Assembly: GCA_038040265.1 (NCBI GenBank)
Contig: JBBPIP010000006.1
Span: 5,423-69,422 of the forward strand
Length of the DNA: 64,000 nucleotides
DNA from: Chloroflexota bacterium
GTDB taxonomy: Bacteria > Chloroflexota > Limnocylindria > P2-11E
Direction of reading: 5' to 3'
Below the pieces are notes generated by a model that was not told where the DNA came from, made no database searches, and saw only the letters and a list, made by a program, of their open reading frames with translations. Below, one piece after another: positions 57,003 through 64,000 of the stretch. Position 1 is the first letter of the stretch. Every line of letters starts with the position of its first letter. Both the position numbers and the translations under genes were made by a program.

Positions 57003-57950
57003 GTGACGAACATCGTCGTGTGGTCGGCGTTCTCGACCTCGCCCGAGACGGTCGCGGCTCGATTCCCGGAGGACCGCGTCGTCGCGATCGCGGACGAGAA
57101 GGGGCTCGCCGCCGCCGCGGATGCGGAGGTGGCGTTCAGCGGGAACAACCCCCGCCGCGTCCGCCAGCTCCTCGATGCGACGCCGAAGCTTCGCTGGTAC
57201 CACACGGTCTCGGCGGGAGTTGAGAGCATGCCGCTCCCCGAGCTGGCGCAGCGGGGCATCGTGCTCACGAACAACAGCGGGTCGTACGACATCCAGATCG
57301 CCGAGCATTTGATGGCGTTCGTGTTCGCTGTGTCGCGTCAGCTCCACCGCTACCGGGACCAGCAGCGTGCCGCCGACTGGAAGGAGCAGACCCACCAGGA
57401 GCTGCGCGACGCGACCATCGTCGTCTACGGCATGGGCAGCATCGGGGGCGAGATCGCGAGGCTCGCCGCCGCGGTCGGCATGCGCGTGATCGGCGTTCGC
57501 CGCAAGGCGGGCGCACCGGGCCCGGGTATCGACCGGGTCGTCGCCGCCGATCGGCTCGCCGACGTCGTGGGGGAGGCCGACTACGTCGCCATCGCGGCGC
57601 CGCTCACCGACGCGACGCGTGGCGCGATATCGCGCGAGATCATCGCGCGCATGAAGCCGACGGCGTGGCTGCTGAACATCGCCCGCGGCGCGATCGTGGA
57701 CGAGCCCGCGTTGATCGAGGCCCTGCAGGCCAAGCGGATCGGCGGCGCGGCCCTCGACGTGTTCACGACGGAGCCGTTGCCACCGGAGAGCCCGCTGTGG
57801 AAGCTCGAGAACGTCATCATCACGCCGCACCATTCCGGTTCGTCGCCGCGCGCCGGCGAACGCACCCTCGAGCTCTTCGCCGAGAACCTCCGCCGGTACA
57901 AGGCGGGCGAGCCGCTCATCAACCGCGTCGACTACGAGGCCGGCTACTGA
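57003..57950 (+). CDS. D-2-hydroxyacid dehydrogenase
   Basis: GMGSIG, NIARG.IVDE, ALDVF..EPL, ITPH. Confidence 0.92.
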   Translation: MTNIVVWSAFSTSPETVAARFPEDRVVAIADEKGLAAAADAEVAFSGNNPRRVRQLLDATPKLRWYHTVSAGVESMPLPELAQRGIVLTNNSGSYDIQIAEHLMAFVFAVSRQLHRYRDQQRAADWKEQTHQELRDATIVVYGMGSIGGEIARLAAAVGMRVIGVRRKAGAPGPGIDRVVAADRLADVVGEADYVAIAAPLTDATRGAISREIIARMKPTAWLLNIARGAIVDEPALIEALQAKRIGGAALDVFTTEPLPPESPLWKLENVIITPHHSGSSPRAGERTLELFAENLRRYKAGEPLINRVDYEAGY

Positions 57951-57955
57951 GGCGC

Positions 57956-59140
57956 GTGGCCCGGCGCCGCGTCGCCCAGCGGACCGTGGGCTTCACGGAA
58001 TCGGTCATCCGCGAGATGACGCGGCTCAACGCGATCCACGGCGGCATCAACCTCGCCCAGGGCTTCCCCAACTTCCCGGCGCCGCCCGAGGTGAAGGAGG
58101 CCGCCAAGCGCGCGATCGACGCCGACATCAACCAGTACGCGATCACGTGGGGCTCGAAAACGCTCCGCGACGCGCTCTCGCGCGTGTATCGGGAGCTCTA
58201 CGCGATGCAGGTCGATCCGGAGACCATGCTGACAGTCACGTGCGGGTCGACCGAGGCGATGATCTCGACGCTCCTCGCGATCTGCGACCCGGGCGACGAG
58301 GTGATCGTGCTCGAGCCCTTTTATGAGAACTACGGCCCCGACGCCGCGATTTCGGGCGCTACGCCGGTGTTCGTGCCGCTGCGGCCTCCCTCGTTCGAGT
58401 TCGATCCGGACGAGCTCGCCCGAGCATTCACTCCACGCACCAAGGCGATCATCGTCAACTCGCCCAACAATCCGACAGGTCGGGTCTTCACGCGGGCGGA
58501 GCTGGAAACGATCGCGAGACTGTGCCGCGAGCACGACGTCATCGCGGTCACAGACGAGATCTACGAGCACATCCGGTACGAGGGCGCGCACATCCCGATC
58601 GCGACCCTCGACGGGATGGCCGAGCGCACGGTGACGATCTCGGGCGCGAGCAAGACCTTCTCGGTCACCGGGTGGCGGGTCGGATGGATCGTGGCGCCCC
58701 CTGAGCTCACCGCGGCCGTTAGAAAAGTGCACGACTTCGTCACCGTCGGCGCGCCCGCGCCCCTCCAGGAAGCGATCGCCGTCGCGCTCTCACTTGGCCG
58801 CCCGTACTACGACCGGCTCGCGACCGACTACCGCGCGCGGCGTGACCGCCTTGTGCGCGTCCTCGATGCCGCGGGCCTCAGCCCCAACACTCCGCAGGGC
58901 GCGTATTACGTGCTCTGCGACATCAGCCCGTTCGGCTTCGATGACGACGTCGCGTTCGCTAACTGGCTGGTGCGCGAGGTCGGTGTCGCGGGCGTGCCAG
59001 GCTCGTCCTTCTTCTCGCGTCGCGAGCTCGGGCGGAATTTGATCCGCTTCACCTTCTGCAAGACACCAGATCTGCTCGATGACGCAGGCGCGCGGCTCGG
59101 TCGCGTGCGAGAGCTTGCCCGCGCGCGCATGGATGGCTGA
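57956..59140 (+). CDS. Class I/II PLP-dependent aminotransferase
   Basis: INLAQGFPNF, NSPNNPTG, TDEIYE, SKTFSVTGWRVG, RFTFCK. Confidence 0.92.
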   Translation: MARRRVAQRTVGFTESVIREMTRLNAIHGGINLAQGFPNFPAPPEVKEAAKRAIDADINQYAITWGSKTLRDALSRVYRELYAMQVDPETMLTVTCGSTEAMISTLLAICDPGDEVIVLEPFYENYGPDAAISGATPVFVPLRPPSFEFDPDELARAFTPRTKAIIVNSPNNPTGRVFTRAELETIARLCREHDVIAVTDEIYEHIRYEGAHIPIATLDGMAERTVTISGASKTFSVTGWRVGWIVAPPELTAAVRKVHDFVTVGAPAPLQEAIAVALSLGRPYYDRLATDYRARRDRLVRVLDAAGLSPNTPQGAYYVLCDISPFGFDDDVAFANWLVREVGVAGVPGSSFFSRRELGRNLIRFTFCKTPDLLDDAGARLGRVRELARARMDG

Positions 59141-59266
59141 GTCCAGAACAATCGTCACCGCGCACACATACGCGCGCTTTTCACCCGGAAGTACTAGTCG
59201 TCTCCCCCGAAGGCTCCTGATACGAAGGTCCCACATCCCACGGCCTCCGGCCTCGTTAGCCTCCGT

Positions 59267-59842
59267 ATGGTGCAGTTCGGCCGCTCGGAGAAGGGGCAGG
59301 CCATCGTGGAATTCGCCATGGTGCTTCCCGTCCTCGTTCTCCTGATCATCGGGCTCATGGAGTTCTCACTCGTGTGGAACTCCAGAAACACCGTGTTGTT
59401 CGCAAGCCGCGACGGATCGATGCTCGCGGCCGAGGGCGGAAGCCTCGACGGGGTGGACTGCGTTGTCCTTCAGCGCGTCGAAGGGGACGTCGTATCGCCG
59501 TCGTCGTCACTTCGGATCCTGCAAATCTCGATCTACTGGTCCGACCGCAACGGCGATCAGATCGGCGCGAATCAGAACCTCTACACGCGAGGCGGATCGA
59601 CCTCCTGCACATATGCGGACGGCACGACGATCACCGTTCCCTACACCCTGACGACGGCGGGCTACCTCGAGAGCTCGCGGTGCAGCGTCCTCGCCGGATG
59701 TGGTGGGGGCCACAACACGGTCGACACGATCGGCGTGCGGGTCACGTACCAGCACTTCTGGATGACGAGCTTCGTGCGTTTCGCCGGGAACAGCGTCACG
59801 TTCACCGAGGCGTCGATCACGCGCGCGGAGCCACAGCTGTGA
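59267..59842 (+). CDS. TadE family pseudopilin
   Basis: EKGQAIVEFAMVLP, ASRDG. Confidence 0.88.
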   Translation: MVQFGRSEKGQAIVEFAMVLPVLVLLIIGLMEFSLVWNSRNTVLFASRDGSMLAAEGGSLDGVDCVVLQRVEGDVVSPSSSLRILQISIYWSDRNGDQIGANQNLYTRGGSTSCTYADGTTITVPYTLTTAGYLESSRCSVLAGCGGGHNTVDTIGVRVTYQHFWMTSFVRFAGNSVTFTEASITRAEPQL

Positions 59843-60441
59843 TCCGCTTTTTTCGGAGCGAGGACGCGCAGGGCCTCGTCGAGTTCGCGCTCATCCTCCC
59901 GCCGCTGCTCCTGATCCTCGTCTTCGGCCTTGTGGAGATCGGCAACGTGCTGAGCGTCGCCATGACGATGTCGTCCGCGTCGCGCGAGGGCGCGCGGGTG
60001 GCCAGTGCGCTCGTGAACGGCGGCGGCGCGCTCGGTTGCAGCGCCGGCCAATCGCCGCAGGCGGGCACCGTCGACCCGAACGTGATCGCCGCCGTCGAGC
60101 GTGTCCTGCTCGGCAACGGCACTCGCGTCACCCTTTCGGACGTCACTCAGATCCGCATCGCCAAGGCGACCGCGACCGGGGCCGAGACCGCGGGCCAGAT
60201 CAACACATGGAACTACGCATCGAACGGCGGGCCGGTGATCGACGGCCAGCAGCTGGACTTCGTGGCCGTGAGCCAGCCCTGGCAGGCCTGCGCCCGCAAC
60301 AACGTCGCGCCGGCCGACTCCGCGGTGATCACGGTCGCGTACACGTACCGCGGCCGAACGCCGCTGCGAATGCTCATCCCATTCTTCAGCCAGTTCACGA
60401 TGACGGACCGCACCGTCATGGCGATGAATGCGAATAGGTAA
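59839..60441 (+). CDS. TadE family pseudopilin
   Basis: AQGLVEFALILP, ASREGARVA; GTGA coupling. Confidence 0.88.
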   Translation: MIRFFRSEDAQGLVEFALILPPLLLILVFGLVEIGNVLSVAMTMSSASREGARVASALVNGGGALGCSAGQSPQAGTVDPNVIAAVERVLLGNGTRVTLSDVTQIRIAKATATGAETAGQINTWNYASNGGPVIDGQQLDFVAVSQPWQACARNNVAPADSAVITVAYTYRGRTPLRMLIPFFSQFTMTDRTVMAMNANR

Positions 60442-62014
60442 GTTCCGCCGCGAGGAGAGCGGCCAGACGCTCGTGATCGTGGCGCTGATGCTGATCCCGC
60501 TGCTGGGATTCACCGGGCTCGTCGCGGACGTCGCCTGGTATGAGGTGAATCTCATGCGGATCCAGCGCGCCGCGGACGCGGCGGCGCTCGCCGGGGTGGT
60601 GTACCTGCCGAACAACGTTCCCGGCGCGCAGACCGCTGCGCAGCAGGAGGCCGCGAAGAACGGCTACACCAACGGCGTCAACGGCGTGACCGTGACCGCG
60701 ACTCCGGAGGCGCTCAACAACCGGATCCTCGGCGTCACCGTGACGTCGCCGGTTCGCTCATGGTTCGCGCGGCTCCTTGGCGTGACCCAGTTCAACGCGC
60801 GACGCAACGCCCGCGCCGAGTTCGTGCTCCCCGTGCCGATGGGAAGTCCCGAGGACTACTACGGGATCAACGTCGTGTGCCGCAATACCGACACATCGCC
60901 GAACTGCCCGCAGGTGCCCTCGGCCACGGGCTTCGGCAACCTCGCGCCGCTCGGGTTCTTCGGAGGCGTCGAGGCCCGCGGGACCGAGCGTCAGAACGGC
61001 GACGCGTATTCCACCTATTACAACGGTCGACCGACCCTCAACCCCGGCTTCGACGCGAACGGCTACCAATACATCGTCGAGTTCGGCGCCGGCACCGTCG
61101 GCGGCAGCGTGTGGCTCTACGACCCGATGTTCTGCGCGACGGGCGCCGGGACGTCGGGCGGCCGGCGCCTGGGCGCGGGCGACAACTGGTTCAGCAACGG
61201 CAGCACCGGAATCACCACCGTCTACAACCTCATGGACATGAACGGCACGCCGTACACGCTCGGCGACGACACGCTTATCGCCACGAGCGGTGCACTGTTC
61301 GCGAACTCCGACGCGGTCGACAAGGGACCGCTCTACCGCGGCAACCAGAATTACGGCGGCGGCGCGAACGGCTCAGGCTCGTCCGACTGCCAGTCGAGTC
61401 CCTACCACAACACCTGGTGGCGCCTCGCGACCGGGCTCACCGAGGGCCAGTACCGCCTTCAGGTCACGACGAGCAGCGGAACCCTCTCGGAGGACGCCAT
61501 CAACGCATTCGGCATCCAGGCGACCGCGACGGCGGGAGCGTCGGCGCGCGTGTATGGCCAGAGCCGGATGGAAGCCTTCATCGTCATCAACAACACGTCG
61601 GTCTTCTATCTCGCGCAGATCGAAGCCGCGCATGCTGGCAAGACGCTCGAGATCAAGCTCTTCGACCCGGGCGACATCTCGGACACGGTCTTCAAGATCC
61701 GCGTGCCCACCACGACGGGATTCGTCTACCCGCAGTTCACGTTCTCAGCGACGGGCTCGAGCTGTGGCGCGGCTACGAGCGGTGGGCCCGTCACTTCACT
61801 TCGTACCTCGGATGCCGCCGCCTGTCGCTACTACAACAACCAGTGGGTCACCATCTCGGTGCCGATCCCGTCGAACTACACCGCGCCCACGCCGCCCGGT
61901 GAACCCGGACCGGGCTGGTGGAAGATCGAATACAACACGCTCGGCACGGGCCAGGACATCACGACCTGGGAAGTGAACATCCGCGGCAACCCCGTCCACC
62001 TCATCACGCCCTAG
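60428..62014 (+). CDS. TadG-like pilus tip protein
   Basis: ESGQ + TM + DVA...QRAADAAALAG; long beta-rich C-terminus with FDPGD, DITTW. Confidence 0.85.
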   Translation: MRIGKFRREESGQTLVIVALMLIPLLGFTGLVADVAWYEVNLMRIQRAADAAALAGVVYLPNNVPGAQTAAQQEAAKNGYTNGVNGVTVTATPEALNNRILGVTVTSPVRSWFARLLGVTQFNARRNARAEFVLPVPMGSPEDYYGINVVCRNTDTSPNCPQVPSATGFGNLAPLGFFGGVEARGTERQNGDAYSTYYNGRPTLNPGFDANGYQYIVEFGAGTVGGSVWLYDPMFCATGAGTSGGRRLGAGDNWFSNGSTGITTVYNLMDMNGTPYTLGDDTLIATSGALFANSDAVDKGPLYRGNQNYGGGANGSGSSDCQSSPYHNTWWRLATGLTEGQYRLQVTTSSGTLSEDAINAFGIQATATAGASARVYGQSRMEAFIVINNTSVFYLAQIEAAHAGKTLEIKLFDPGDISDTVFKIRVPTTTGFVYPQFTFSATGSSCGAATSGGPVTSLRTSDAAACRYYNNQWVTISVPIPSNYTAPTPPGEPGPGWWKIEYNTLGTGQDITTWEVNIRGNPVHLITP

Positions 62015-62028
62015 CGGGGGTGCGCGAT

Positions 62029-63132
62029 CTAGGGGACTAGCTGCGTTGGTTCGCCCTCGTTTTCGCGCAGATATGCGAGATAAAGCGCGAACGGATCCGG
62101 TGGCGACGCGACCGTCGATGAGTTCGAGTTAGTCGAAAGACGCTGAGCCGCGGCGTTCGCGTCGTTCTGTCTTCCGAGCGCGCGAAGCGCTTGCGGGTAG
62201 CTCGACCGCAGGGTGAAGACTCCCGTCACCGATCCGAGTGCCATGCCGCGCTCGAACGCGTCGACGGCCTCGCGGAACAAGCCGTATCCATACGCCGCCT
62301 CGCCGTATGCGAGCCACGCGAATGAAGTCTGCTGTTGCTGAGCGTCGGCCTTGGTGCGCTCGTAGAAGTTCTTGCGCATCTTCGCGTCGTTCCAGTCGTC
62401 CCCGACGATCGTCTTCAGGAGCGCTTCGTCCTTCGGGTCGAAGATGACCATGTACCGGTAGCTGAAGGACTGCCAGTTGTTCTGGAACCACTGGTAGGAA
62501 AGCGGCACGAAGTTACCGAGCATCGGGTCGTTCACATAGAAGGTTCCCTTGGCGTCGTCGTAGCCGCGCACCACTCGCCAGTGAGCGATCCGCGAGGTGG
62601 TCGGGTCCTGCATCCACTGCGTGACCATCGGAGCGAAGCCGTTCGCGACGAGACGACGCAGCAGATCGTTGGTGCCGTTGTTGCGCCAGACCGACCGCAG
62701 ACCAAAGTTTTCCTTCACCCAACCGTCGACCCTCTGCGGACCCATGCCGGAGAGGACGTTCGTCCCGCGGAGCGGCACTCGCGCGAACTCCTGCGAGACG
62801 TCGATCCCGAACGTCGAGAGGGCCATGACCACCGATGCCGGTCCGCAGTTATTCAGCGATTGCCACACGTGCTTCATCTCATCGAACGCGGCCGTCGCGG
62901 GCGCTGCCTTGGGCTGTGGCGCGGGCACGACCGGAGCGACCGCGACCGGAGCGGCTTCGACAGCGGCCGGCACCGTGACCTGGGCCGTTACGGATGAAGG
63001 GGCGTCAGCAGCCGGCGCCGCGACGCTCTGAGCAGTGTTCGAAGTGGCGGAAGAGGCCCCGAACGCGACGCAGCTCACGGCGAGCGCGCAGCCCACGGCG
63101 AGCGCGAGAAGGGCGGCCGATCGTCCTCTCAT
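62029..63132 (-). CDS. C39-like cysteine peptidase domain protein with TPR-like C-terminus, exported
   Basis: Q..NNCGPAS, HWRVVRGYD, YVNDP; signal peptide and Ala/Pro linker. Confidence 0.82.
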   Translation of the reverse strand: MRGRSAALLALAVGCALAVSCVAFGASSATSNTAQSVAAPAADAPSSVTAQVTVPAAVEAAPVAVAPVVPAPQPKAAPATAAFDEMKHVWQSLNNCGPASVVMALSTFGIDVSQEFARVPLRGTNVLSGMGPQRVDGWVKENFGLRSVWRNNGTNDLLRRLVANGFAPMVTQWMQDPTTSRIAHWRVVRGYDDAKGTFYVNDPMLGNFVPLSYQWFQNNWQSFSYRYMVIFDPKDEALLKTIVGDDWNDAKMRKNFYERTKADAQQQQTSFAWLAYGEAAYGYGLFREAVDAFERGMALGSVTGVFTLRSSYPQALRALGRQNDANAAAQRLSTNSNSSTVASPPDPFALYLAYLRENEGEPTQLVP

Positions 63133-63192
63133 TGATAGAGATGGTAGCCCTTGGCCACCGCTTGCTCGGCCTCCCGTGGGTACCATCCAGTG

Positions 63193-64000
63193 ATGCGACA
63201 AACGACGCTCGCGCGAGGGAGGCTCGCGGAGCACCCGGTCTGGTCGCGAGCGCTGGGGCGCGCGGATCTGGTCGGCCGCGTCCTCCTCCCGGTCATCGTG
63301 GGCAGCGCGGTCGAAGATCGCGAGAAGATCGAAGCAGCGCCGTGGATGGAGCGACTCTCCGTTACCGAAGTCGTCCGCGAGGCTCGCGCCGCCGCATCAG
63401 CGGGACTCGCTGGACTCCTCATCTTCGGCATCAGCGATCGCAAGGACGAGCACGCACTTCTTGCGAGCGAACCCGATCACGTCGTGCCACGCGCGATCCG
63501 CGCGGTCAAGGAAGCCGTGCCCGAGCTCGGTGTCGCGACCGACGTGTGCGTGTGCGCGTACACCGCTCACGGTCAATGCGTTCTCTTCGGCGAGCACGGC
63601 GCTGACGTAGCCGCGACGCTCGAGCGTCTCGTGGCGATCGCCGAGGTGCACGCCGACGCGGGCGCCGATCTGCTCATCCCTTCAGGGATGCTGGACGGAA
63701 CAGTGCGCACGATCCGCGAGGCACTCGGTCCGAGGCGCTCGGACCTTCCGATCGCGGCGATCGTGAAGCTCGAGAGCGCGCTCTACGTCACGCACCGCGT
63801 GGCAGTGAGCGCGGTGCCGATATCTGAAAGGGCCGTACCGCTCATCCCCGCTGAGGACGCCGCCGCGGCGGTAGCGCGCGCACGCCGCGACATGGCCGAC
63901 GGCGCCGACGCGATCATCGTCAAGCCGGGCGCGCCCGGGCTCGACATCGTGGCTCGTCTCGCCGCGTTCGCGGACCGGCCGCTCATCTCGTACTTCACCG
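63193..64000 (+). CDS. hemB: Delta-aminolevulinate dehydratase (HemB)-like protein, divergent, runs off the window
   Basis: TDVCVCAYTAHGQC zinc motif, AGAD...PSGMLDG, GADAIIVKP; missing from the ORF track because its stop lies outside the window. Confidence 0.75.
   Translation, partial: MRQTTLARGRLAEHPVWSRALGRADLVGRVLLPVIVGSAVEDREKIEAAPWMERLSVTEVVREARAAASAGLAGLLIFGISDRKDEHALLASEPDHVVPRAIRAVKEAVPELGVATDVCVCAYTAHGQCVLFGEHGADVAATLERLVAIAEVHADAGADLLIPSGMLDGTVRTIREALGPRRSDLPIAAIVKLESALYVTHRVAVSAVPISERAVPLIPAEDAAAAVARARRDMADGADAIIVKPGAPGLDIVARLAAFADRPLISYFT

Noticed and set aside
59243-59253. GCCTCCGGCCT upstream of a tad cassette, resembling part of a c-di-GMP-I riboswitch
   Set aside because: The GGCAAAC, GNRA-loop and GACGCAAA elements are absent
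287-63998. Many long overlapping antisense or alternate-frame ORFs in the track (e.g. 369-1439, 4060-5514, 38874-40658)
   Set aside because: Arg/Ala/Pro-rich shadow ORFs expected in high-GC DNA; they overlap genes with clear family motifs

Overview
A high-GC, gene-dense bacterial chromosome window. Gene content (Tad pili without a secretin, LLM oxidoreductases, leaderless-type promoters) suggests a monoderm soil bacterium such as Chloroflexota; this is inference. It holds housekeeping and metabolic genes (acs 3' end, lpdA, murA, thrC, cystathionine beta-synthase, two Cys/Met PLP enzymes, ltaE, ccdA-TlpA, a divergent hemB) and a tRNA-Arg(TCT). It also holds a xylose cluster (xylA, xylB, xylFGH-like ABC, aldose epimerase) with an embedded vanadium haloperoxidase plus CRTAC1/ASPIC-UnbV pair, a Flp/Tad pilus core locus, and two separate TadE-TadE-TadG cassettes. 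The most striking signal is absent from the ORF track: a 71-codon minus-strand gene (8737-8952) with two in-frame UGA codons in a U-x-x-x-U motif, followed by a bacterial SECIS-like hairpin, i.e. a candidate two-selenocysteine selenoprotein. Other oddities are a DUF885 gene continuing in frame directly after the TAG of a zinc-ribbon TatA with no canonical start, several other apparent near-cognate starts, and a 160-nt rod-like hairpin. No transposase, integrase, phage gene or CRISPR array was seen. All family assignments come from motif recognition by eye; no database search was run.
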